From: Candidatus Ryanbacteria bacterium
GTDB taxonomy: Bacteria > Patescibacteriota > Minisyncoccia > Ryanbacterales > GWA2-47-10b
NCBI GenBank assembly: GCA_009691385.1
Contig: SICQ01000003.1
Location: forward strand, 1-37,070
Direction: 5' to 3'
Length of the DNA: 37,070 nucleotides
This document shows positions 1 through 7,361 of the stretch, one piece after another; within the stretch, counting starts at the first letter, position 1, and each line of letters starts with the position of its first letter. The position numbers and the translations under genes were made by a program. The notes under the pieces were generated by a model, which saw only the letters and a program-made list of their open reading frames with translations, did not search any database and was not told the origin of the DNA.

Positions 1-170
1 TGCTCGTGTGGTAAATCGAGCAAAGTTTCTGCGTGCGTTTTTGGTATCACCATTGTATGCCCTAGTGTGCGCGGATGAATATCGAGAAACGCAAAGACGG
101 CATCGTCCTCATAGACTTTATCCGCAGGAATCTCACCTTTGGCGATTTTGCAAAAAATACAGGTTTCCAT
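1..170 (-). CDS. hinT: HIT family nucleotide hydrolase (5' part; runs off the left edge)
   Basis: Not in the ORF track. Manual minus-strand translation from the ATG at 170 gives METCIFCKIAKGEIPADKVYEDDAVFAFLDIHPRTLGHTMVIPKTH..., the typical HinT N-terminus (CxFC, FLDI.P...GH..VIPK.H). Confidence 0.93.
   Translation of the reverse strand, partial: METCIFCKIAKGEIPADKVYEDDAVFAFLDIHPRTLGHTMVIPKTHAETLLDLPHE
137..161. repeat. Direct repeat copy 1 (hinT codons CIFCKIAK)
   Basis: ctttggcgattttgcaaaaaataca, 24/25 identical to 528-552. Confidence 0.92.
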
Positions 171-171
171 T

Positions 172-501
172 TCACCAGTGCCACCCACTACCACCAAAAA
201 TAAAAATACTAGTAAGAAGTAAAATAATACTGATTATGAGTAAAGACGAATACAAGAAAGAATGAAAGGGTTGTTCGTCTTCTCTAATCCATCTCCAAAG
301 TGCTACCAAAAATGGTGGTAGCCCAATGAGAAGCGAGAATAGTATAAAAAAGGATGATATGCCAACATAAGCGCCGAAATCTAAAAACCCTCGTTTATCA
401 TAATTAAAAAACCAATCATAAAAATTAAGTAATACAAGTACCCCATTTACAATAGAAAGTATTTTTATAAGCCAGTAATTTCCGTTGAGTATTTCTTTCA
501 T
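172..501 (-). CDS. Small AT-rich integral membrane protein, unknown function
   Basis: 109 aa with about 3 hydrophobic segments; TATAAT lies 6 nt before the ATG. Confidence 0.75.
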   Translation of the reverse strand: MKEILNGNYWLIKILSIVNGVLVLLNFYDWFFNYDKRGFLDFGAYVGISSFFILFSLLIGLPPFLVALWRWIREDEQPFHSFLYSSLLIISIILLLTSIFIFGGSGWHW

Positions 502-519
502 ATCCTTATTATAGGGCGT

Positions 520-561
520 TTATTTTTCTTTGGCGATTTTGCAGAAAATACAATTTACCAT
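520..561 (-). pseudogene. Truncated duplicate of the hinT 5' end (MVNCIFCKIAKEK-stop)
   Basis: The minus strand reads ATG GTA AAT TGT ATT TTC TGC AAA ATC GCC AAA GAA AAA TAA and contains repeat copy 2 (528-552). Confidence 0.85.
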
Positions 562-791
562 ACAAAAAAGAGGTTACTCAAGATAAAAAGCATAGAAACT
601 ACAATAATAGCTAACACGATTGTACCAACACGCCAAATACTTTTCATGACGCTTTCTTTTCGTGTCTTTCTTAGAAAATATGAAAAAGTGGTCAACAACA
701 AGACAGCGACTATAACAAAAAAAATAAAGCTTACCCAGAAAAGCCCTGCTCCATAGAACATATCGCTTTTCAAATATGCCATGTTGCTCAT
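555..791 (-). CDS. Small 2-TM membrane protein, unknown function
   Basis: 78 aa with two hydrophobic helices separated by a basic loop (RKTRK). Confidence 0.7.
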   Translation of the reverse strand: MSNMAYLKSDMFYGAGLFWVSFIFFVIVAVLLLTTFSYFLRKTRKESVMKSIWRVGTIVLAIIVVSMLFILSNLFFVW

Positions 792-805
792 GATATTAGA
801 CTAAT

Positions 806-1645
806 TTACAAACGCTTTTTTGTATATACTTCGTGCATTGCACTCACATCATCGTGGAGGCGTACGATGCGTGGGCTCAAAGTCTCTACAATGTACTGCA
901 TAAGCGCTTTGAGATCTTCTAATTTTTTGCGCGTTGAGATATTGCCCTGCGTATAAATATACAAATGCGTACCCTGAAAACCAAACTCAAAAGACTTTGC
1001 CTTATCCAAAAGAGCCTCTGCAACCTCAGGTGTAAAAATCTGGAGCGCCTCTACCTCGTAATCTTCTTGAACATACAAAGTGAACTGTTTATCAAACGCA
1101 TTGTGTAGTTGTAGCTTTTTTTGCCCGCGAGATACAAACTCATTGGCATCCCAAAAACCGGCTTTTTCTACAGATATTGTAGGAAGAGCTCCGCTATACT
1201 CAATCTCACAAACCGTGTACGGATGATGCTGACGATTTTTACCCGAACCAGTAGAAAAATCATAATAAAATATACGTATCGGGTTGTCTCGATACCTACC
1301 ACTCACTACATCAGTCATCTTGCGTCCATTGCCCCTTTGGAAAAGTGCGCCGTCCAAATTCGTAAGCGATCCGTAATATGCATAGATAAAATTGTTCGCG
1401 CGGGCGAATTGTTGCATAAAGAGATGTGACATTTTGTTACGCACATACATCCATGTGGCAAGCGGAATAAAAAATACAATACCGAGCGAGTCGTGAGTAT
1501 ACCCCTTGTATATAAGAAAAAATCCGAGCATGAGCGGTAGTATGCCCAAAAAGAAAACCCCGAGCGGGTGATCTTTTATATATTTAAATGTGCTCTTATT
1601 GACGTCCTCGATCGTCTCGGTGATCAAATCGTTTTGTTCGGTCAT
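806..1645 (-). CDS. Membrane-anchored hypothetical protein (DUF3137-like)
   Basis: 279 aa with two N-terminal TM helices, then a soluble domain (YDFSTGSGKN, FDKQFTLY...EVEALQIFTPE). The family is recalled, not searched. Confidence 0.65.
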   Translation of the reverse strand: MTEQNDLITETIEDVNKSTFKYIKDHPLGVFFLGILPLMLGFFLIYKGYTHDSLGIVFFIPLATWMYVRNKMSHLFMQQFARANNFIYAYYGSLTNLDGALFQRGNGRKMTDVVSGRYRDNPIRIFYYDFSTGSGKNRQHHPYTVCEIEYSGALPTISVEKAGFWDANEFVSRGQKKLQLHNAFDKQFTLYVQEDYEVEALQIFTPEVAEALLDKAKSFEFGFQGTHLYIYTQGNISTRKKLEDLKALMQYIVETLSPRIVRLHDDVSAMHEVYTKKRL

Positions 1646-1647
1646 AT

Positions 1648-4065
1648 CTAAAGACCTGCGATATCTTCAGCGCTAAATCGAAACGTATCACCGCGTTTAA
1701 GCTTTCCTTCCAAAATCTTTTTGGCGATCACTTGTTCGACACGGTCAGCAATAGCTCTCCGCATAGGACGCGCGCCAAATGTCGGATCGTACCCGATCTC
1801 AACGACACGCGCGGCAAGCTCTGGTGTCGGCTCAAAGATAATTTCTTGTTTTTGAAGTCTCTTCATTAAATCTTGCAAAAGCAACATTGCTACTTGGGTC
1901 AACTCAGACTTGTCGAGCGGGCGGTATACAATAGTCGCGTCAAAACGATTTAAAAGTTCGGGTGAGAAAATGCGCTCTCTTCGAATCGCATCGATCACGC
2001 GCCCTTCGATATCTGCGAGCTCTTTTCCTTCTTTGAGTAAGTCCCAAATAATATTGGCGCCTGCATTTGAGGTGGCGATAATCATCGTCTCGCGCGCAGA
2101 AACTTTTTTACCTGCACCATCGGAGAAAAGCCCTTCATCGAGAATCTGTAAAAAGAGATTATGAACTTCGTGGGATGCTTTCTCAAACTCATCAAACAGC
2201 AACAGAGAAAAAGGTTTTTCGCGAAGGCGTGATACGAGAATACCGGGATCGTGCGCATCGCGCGAACCAATCAGTTTTTCAATACCATCAACGCCTTGAT
2301 ATTCAGACATATCAAACCGAAACATTGATTCCTCCCCACCAAAATAGGTAAATGCCAACGCTTTTGCGGTCTCGGTCTTGCCAACGCCCGTAGGTCCTAA
2401 AAATAAAAATGATCCTACGGGTCGCGTGCTGGCACGAAGCCCTGAGCGCGCTCTGCGCAACGCATCAGATACTGCATGTACTGCTCGCGCCTGCCCGATC
2501 ACGCGGGCGCCTATCAATTCTTCGAGATGCAAAAGCTTTGACCTCTCTTCTGGCTCGGCAATGGTCGTAGGTATATGCGTCTTTTTTTCTACCACCGTAT
2601 CGATATCAGAAGGCATAATCACAATACGATCGGTCGGTACCGCTGATGCGGCTTGCTGTAAAAGATCGATAGCCTTTTCAGGCATAGCACCAGTTGTGAT
2701 AAATCTATCGGCGAGTTCATAGGCACGCAAAAGCGCGGGATAGGTAAAAAACTTTCTTGTATGTGGCTCGATGACACCGAGCGCATCTTGCAACATACCG
2801 AGCGTACGCTCCCGCGTGGGCTCTTCGAGTGTCACTTTTTCAAAAAGCTTCATAATCTTGCCGTTTGATTCGAGATCGCGATGAAATGAATCTGTATCAG
2901 AGAGCGCTACTATCTGTATCGCTGAACCAGCCATATATGGCTCGAGGAGTGTGACTACATCGACGCCAAGCTCATGGGCTGAGGCAATAAAGCTCGGAAA
3001 GTTTTCTATAACCAAAAGGATATTGCCAGCACCAACCGCTTCGTTAAACATTTGAATCATCAAACTCTCAAAGGCGCCTTTGGTCTGCGCTCCAGCAACA
3101 ACCGACGAGCTATCAAAAAATACCACCCGTTTGTGTTCGAGCGCCGGATGCGCGTGACCAGTGCGAATCCACTCTGCGAGACCCTCAAGTACCGCGTGCT
3201 TGCCCGAACCCTCCTCACCTACCAACAGCACATTGGCTTGCGCGTTGCGTGCCAGCACTTCTTCTACGCGCTCAATCTCATCTTTACGCGCTTCTCGTGC
3301 AAAATGCGTCGTGCCGTATGAAAGATCATGCGAATACTGATTAAGCGTCCATGTGTAACCGTATCCCAAATCTTTTCCAATGCCCGGTATACGCGCGAGT
3401 CGAGCGCGGCTCCACCAGCGTGTGCGTGCGTATTCTTCTTCAAATTCGGCCTCTACCCACAAAGCCGCCCCTTCCAAATCTTCGCGCTTTACCTCGTGCG
3501 CAAATAAAAATTCGGCAAATGATGTATCTGCGTCAATCGCAAATACCAGTACGCGCGCAACTGACAATGCATGACTCTCTCCTACGATCGCCTCAATAGT
3601 TGCTTGCGGCGCGTTTGATGTTTGATATATTTTAAACCACGCATCAAAATCCCCGCGCGCGATACCAAGACGAAAAAGCAAAAGATGAAACGCGTCGGTG
3701 TCTGCAAGCGCGCGCCACCATTCACGAAATGAAAGCTTGTCATCGGGCCCACGTGGCATGAGCGCCCACAGGCGTAGTATCTCGGAAGATACCTTGATGC
3801 GCCCCGAGCCAATCGAGACCATCTCGCCCGTGAGCGCCGTACGATAATAAAACTCAAGAAACCCAAAAAAGAAGAAAAATGAGAATGCTATGAGCCCCAT
3901 GCCTCCCGCCACATTGATATATGGAATGTTGACGGGCAATATGTTTGCCGCAACAAAAAATCCAACACCCGCGATACCTACAAATAAAAATATTTTGACG
4001 AGCATCCCACGCGCGCCCGTCGAGAGGGCCTGCTCAATGCGTAAAATATGTCTCTGCGGGATCAT
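1648..4065 (-). CDS. Membrane-anchored ClpA/ClpB-like (Hsp100) double AAA+ ATPase
   Basis: D2 has GPTGVGKT, FDEFEKA, TSN, PELLNRFD and GARPMRR; D1 has GEEGSGKH; two N-terminal TM helices. The likely start is the ATG at 4065, 1 nt after the upstream stop; the track start is 4077. Confidence 0.9.
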   Translation of the reverse strand: MIPQRHILRIEQALSTGARGMLVKIFLFVGIAGVGFFVAANILPVNIPYINVAGGMGLIAFSFFFFFGFLEFYYRTALTGEMVSIGSGRIKVSSEILRLWALMPRGPDDKLSFREWWRALADTDAFHLLLFRLGIARGDFDAWFKIYQTSNAPQATIEAIVGESHALSVARVLVFAIDADTSFAEFLFAHEVKREDLEGAALWVEAEFEEEYARTRWWSRARLARIPGIGKDLGYGYTWTLNQYSHDLSYGTTHFAREARKDEIERVEEVLARNAQANVLLVGEEGSGKHAVLEGLAEWIRTGHAHPALEHKRVVFFDSSSVVAGAQTKGAFESLMIQMFNEAVGAGNILLVIENFPSFIASAHELGVDVVTLLEPYMAGSAIQIVALSDTDSFHRDLESNGKIMKLFEKVTLEEPTRERTLGMLQDALGVIEPHTRKFFTYPALLRAYELADRFITTGAMPEKAIDLLQQAASAVPTDRIVIMPSDIDTVVEKKTHIPTTIAEPEERSKLLHLEELIGARVIGQARAVHAVSDALRRARSGLRASTRPVGSFLFLGPTGVGKTETAKALAFTYFGGEESMFRFDMSEYQGVDGIEKLIGSRDAHDPGILVSRLREKPFSLLLFDEFEKASHEVHNLFLQILDEGLFSDGAGKKVSARETMIIATSNAGANIIWDLLKEGKELADIEGRVIDAIRRERIFSPELLNRFDATIVYRPLDKSELTQVAMLLLQDLMKRLQKQEIIFEPTPELAARVVEIGYDPTFGARPMRRAIADRVEQVIAKKILEGKLKRGDTFRFSAEDIAGL

Positions 4066-4066
4066 A

Positions 4067-4456
4067 TCAAAAAACAATCATCCATACGCCACTGATAAAA
4101 AGTGCGGGAATGGCTATGGGACTCAAAAGTGCGGCGGCCACAACGATAAAGCCGATTACAAACGCCCCTACTTGCACAACTAATCCTGCGCTAATAAAAA
4201 CCAGCCGTACGAGCGCGCCCACCACACGCATCAAGATATTGACTGCAAATACTTCAAAAATATCTTCGAGATCAAACCCTTGTTTTTTCTGTTCGCGCAT
4301 ACGGTGAAAGGGCGCGAACAGACTACGGGCAAGTTCGGGAACGGAAAAGAAATGCAGTAAAAACCACTGCACATTCATCCACGCCTCAAACATCAGCACG
4401 AGCCCCGCCTCGTACTGCCACCAAAGATATTCCCCCGCAATGAGGGCACTATTCAT
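4067..4456 (-). CDS. Small membrane protein coupled to the Clp-like ATPase
   Basis: 129 aa with a Trp-rich amphipathic N-terminus (YLWWQY, FFSVPELARSLFAPF) and a long hydrophobic C-terminus; TGnTATACT lies 6 nt before the ATG. Confidence 0.8.
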   Translation of the reverse strand: MNSALIAGEYLWWQYEAGLVLMFEAWMNVQWFLLHFFSVPELARSLFAPFHRMREQKKQGFDLEDIFEVFAVNILMRVVGALVRLVFISAGLVVQVGAFVIGFIVVAAALLSPIAIPALFISGVWMIVF

Positions 4457-4468
4457 ATAAATAGTATA

Positions 4469-5158
4469 TCACGCGCCAAATCTTCGTTCACGGCTTTTGA
4501 AATCTTTTATAGCACCTTCAAAGTCATCAGGCGTAAAATCGGGCCAAAGCTTTTCGGTGAAATACAACTGCGCGTCCGCTGTATCCCACATCATAAATCC
4601 CGCTGATAAGTGTGAATCACCGCCGGTACGAATCACGAGATCTACGGGCGGAAGATCGCGCGTCCATAAATATTCTTTTGGAGAGGTAAATGGTTTATCA
4701 GACGCCACAGCCGCTTCAAATGCTCGCGTCATTTCTGTCTTGCCGTCGTAACACAGCATTAAATTCATGACATGTTTTTTACGGTCTTTGGTCTCTTTTA
4801 TAAGTCGCTCGCCAGTCTCTACCAGTTTTTTAGGAAACAACGAACGCCACTCGCCTACAATCGATATGCGTACATCGTTTTCTTTGAGTCGTGGATTTTC
4901 AAGCGCGTCTAAAAGAGCCTTTGAGAAAGCTTTGAGGAGAAATTCGACTTCAGCAGCTGGGCGTTTTTTGATATTATCGACGCTCATCCCCCAAAAAGAC
5001 ACACAAAAGATATTGAGTTCGAGCGCGCGATCAATGACTTTTTCATATGCGGTAATACCTTCTTTGTGTCCGAGCCACGGGAAGAGACTTCGTTCCTTTG
5101 CCCACCGGCGGTTGCCGTCAGGAATGATAGCTACATGCCCTACGGAGTAATCTTGCAT
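4469..5158 (-). CDS. uppS: Undecaprenyl diphosphate synthase (cis-isoprenyl transferase)
   Basis: Motifs HVAIIPDGNRRWA, DLVIRTGG...LSAGFMMW, LWPDF and RERRFG. The start is either MQDYS (5158) or 5179. Confidence 0.95.
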   Translation of the reverse strand: MQDYSVGHVAIIPDGNRRWAKERSLFPWLGHKEGITAYEKVIDRALELNIFCVSFWGMSVDNIKKRPAAEVEFLLKAFSKALLDALENPRLKENDVRISIVGEWRSLFPKKLVETGERLIKETKDRKKHVMNLMLCYDGKTEMTRAFEAAVASDKPFTSPKEYLWTRDLPPVDLVIRTGGDSHLSAGFMMWDTADAQLYFTEKLWPDFTPDDFEGAIKDFKSRERRFGA

Positions 5159-5254
5159 GATGTTCTCTAGTATAGCCATAGAACGCTTTGTAGGGAAGAT
5201 TTGGCTCGGGACTTTTCGTATGAGGACAAAAATGATACGATGACCGCGTCATAC

Positions 5255-5326
5255 GGCCCTATCGTCTAATGGTTAGGACAGCGCTCTTTCAAGGCGTAAA
5301 TCCGGGTTCGATTCCCGGTGGGGCCG
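5255..5326 (+). tRNA. tRNA-Glu(TTC)
   Basis: Acceptor stem GGCCCTA/TGGGGCC, anticodon loop CT-TTC-AA, T-loop GTTCGATTC; no encoded CCA. Confidence 0.95.
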
Positions 5327-5361
5327 CTTATAAAAATAAACGAGCGTGATACACTATATCT

Positions 5362-5619
5362 ATGAATATGGAAATACCAAAAAATCCCAATGAAGAGTTA
5401 GGCGAATCTCAGGAAGCCGCCCCTCGCCTTGAGGTGGGGGCAACTGTTCGCGTACCGAGAAACAATGGTGAATATATTGAGGAAGGCTGGAGAGTGCTCG
5501 GCTACAATCCAGACAACGATACCTACTCTGTGCTAAAAGTGACTAGTATAGAAGGTACCGACAATGCGAAATTTGAGAAAAAGGCGGTGCGGCGCGCGGA
5601 GCTGGAAAGTCTCAACTAA
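5362..5619 (+). CDS. Small acidic hypothetical protein (possible SH3/Tudor-like beta-barrel)
   Basis: 85 aa (LEVGATVRVPR...GWRVLGY...TYSVLK); TGnTACACT lies 6 nt before the ATG; located between two tRNAs. Confidence 0.7.
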   Translation: MNMEIPKNPNEELGESQEAAPRLEVGATVRVPRNNGEYIEEGWRVLGYNPDNDTYSVLKVTSIEGTDNAKFEKKAVRRAELESLN

Positions 5620-5646
5620 ATACTCTAGAATAAACGCGTTGTTTTT

Positions 5647-5718
5647 GCGCCCTTAGCTCAGTGGTAGAGCGTTTGCATGACACGCAAAAGGCCGGAAGTT
5701 CGATCCTTCCAGGGCGCA
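5647..5718 (+). tRNA. tRNA-Val(GAC)
   Basis: Acceptor stem GCGCCCT/AGGGCGC, D-arm TAGCTCAGTGGTAGAGC, anticodon arm TTTGC-AT-GAC-AC-GCAAA. Confidence 0.95.
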
Positions 5719-5734
5719 CACTTATTAAATTTAG

Positions 5735-6193
5735 TTAAACAGCTGGAGTTGAAGACTGGGTCGAGACGACAGCCTCTTCAGTATTAGTTACAAACTTTTT
5801 GCTTACCAGATAAAATGCTGCCAGGCGAAAAATGTAGTCCGCAATATTCCATAAACTAGAAACTCCAAAAAACGATCTAGTAAAGGACCCCATCGCCACG
5901 AATGCCCCCGTAACTAAAAAGAAGTAAATGCTCGATAACAAGACTATTTTGTCTTTTTCCTGGATTATATATGTCTTTTGTAAATATCGAGCCGAATAAA
6001 TCACTCCGAGTACTATAGCGAGAATACTTATAACAAGCTCGACTACCCATAAAACCGTTGAGTCAATCGAACCTATTTTTGGAAAGATCATAAAACTATA
6101 AACCAAACTCACGATAAGTGGCACAACGAAACCCGCGGTTAGGTAATGCGTTGCGGCGATATACCAACTCGCAGAGGCTTTTTTTGTTTTCAT
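5735..6193 (-). CDS. 4-TM membrane protein, unknown function
   Basis: 152 aa with four hydrophobic segments; AT-rich; convergent on tRNA-Val. Confidence 0.75.
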   Translation of the reverse strand: MKTKKASASWYIAATHYLTAGFVVPLIVSLVYSFMIFPKIGSIDSTVLWVVELVISILAIVLGVIYSARYLQKTYIIQEKDKIVLLSSIYFFLVTGAFVAMGSFTRSFFGVSSLWNIADYIFRLAAFYLVSKKFVTNTEEAVVSTQSSTPAV

Positions 6194-6285
6194 AAAAGTT
6201 TCTACTTTTAAATAATTAGCCGACTTACTGTCAGTATATCAATAACTAGCTATCACTATAAAGGTAAATTTGTTAATATCCCATC

Positions 6286-7350
6286 ATGCTTAAAGGTAGC
6301 CAAGACCTTACAATCTTAGGCATCGAGACCTCGTGCGATGAAACCGCCATCGCGGTTGTTGACGCGTCGGGCGGGCTTGCCTCACCTAAGTTTCGTGTGC
6401 GCGCAAATATCATCTCCTCGCAAATCAAAATGCACGCGCCCTATGGTGGCGTGGTACCAAACCTTGCCAAGCGCGAACATATCCGTAATCTGCCAATTAT
6501 CCTTGAACAAGCGCTCCGTAAGGCTGGTATTGGTGATCCGCAAAAAGAAATAAATGCGATAGCAGTCACCGTAGGCCCCGGCCTTGAACCCGCACTTTGG
6601 ACCGGTATTACCTTCGCCCAAAAATTAACACAAGAATGGAATCTGCCGGTGGTGGCAGCCAATCATATGGAAGGGCATTTAGTAACACCGCTTCTGGGCC
6701 CGCGTGTATCAAAAGTGGCCTTCCCGCTCATAGCACTCTTAGTGTCAGGTGGTCATACCGAGATCGTACTTGTAAAATCATGGGGTAAATATCAGGTGCT
6801 GGGTGAGACGGTAGACGACGCCGCGGGTGAAGCATTTGATAAAGTAGCACGCATGCTCGAGCTACCGTATCCGGGTGGACCCGAGATAAGCCGTCTCGCG
6901 CGTACCGGCAACCGCTACAGCTTTTCATTCCCCCGCCCAATGTTACAACAAAAAAATTATAACTTTAGTTTTTCAGGCCTGAAAACCGCCGTACTCTACC
7001 AACTGCGTGATTTGCGTGAACAAAAAATTCCTTTTAGTAAAAATGATATTGCCGCATCGTTTGAAGATGCGGTTATCGATGTACTTATGCTCAAAACCAT
7101 GCGTGCGGCAGCCGAACACAAAGCAAAATCCATCATCGTTGGCGGAGGAGTCGCAGCAAACACGCAGTTGCGAGCACGCATGCGCGATGCGGTAAAAAAA
7201 GAAAAACAAAACCGCGCGCTCTATTTGGCACCGCTCTCGATGACGGGAGACAACGCGGCAATGATCGCGGCATCGGCATATTTTCATGCGGTTTGTGATG
7301 ATTTCGCCAACTGGAAAAAGCTCGAAGCGCATGCTACGCTCCCCTTATAA
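6286..7350 (+). CDS. tsaD: tRNA N6-adenosine threonylcarbamoyltransferase
   Basis: Motifs LGIETSCDET, GGVVP, GPGL, NHMEGH, LLVSGGHT, DDAAGEAFDK, FSFSGLKT, GGVAAN and DNAAMI. Confidence 0.97.
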   Translation: MLKGSQDLTILGIETSCDETAIAVVDASGGLASPKFRVRANIISSQIKMHAPYGGVVPNLAKREHIRNLPIILEQALRKAGIGDPQKEINAIAVTVGPGLEPALWTGITFAQKLTQEWNLPVVAANHMEGHLVTPLLGPRVSKVAFPLIALLVSGGHTEIVLVKSWGKYQVLGETVDDAAGEAFDKVARMLELPYPGGPEISRLARTGNRYSFSFPRPMLQQKNYNFSFSGLKTAVLYQLRDLREQKIPFSKNDIAASFEDAVIDVLMLKTMRAAAEHKAKSIIVGGGVAANTQLRARMRDAVKKEKQNRALYLAPLSMTGDNAAMIAASAYFHAVCDDFANWKKLEAHATLPL

Positions 7351-7361
7351 TAAAAGTACAA

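Noticed and set aside
8-265. 85-aa plus-strand ORF
   Set aside because: Shadow of hinT and the 109-aa gene on the minus strand.
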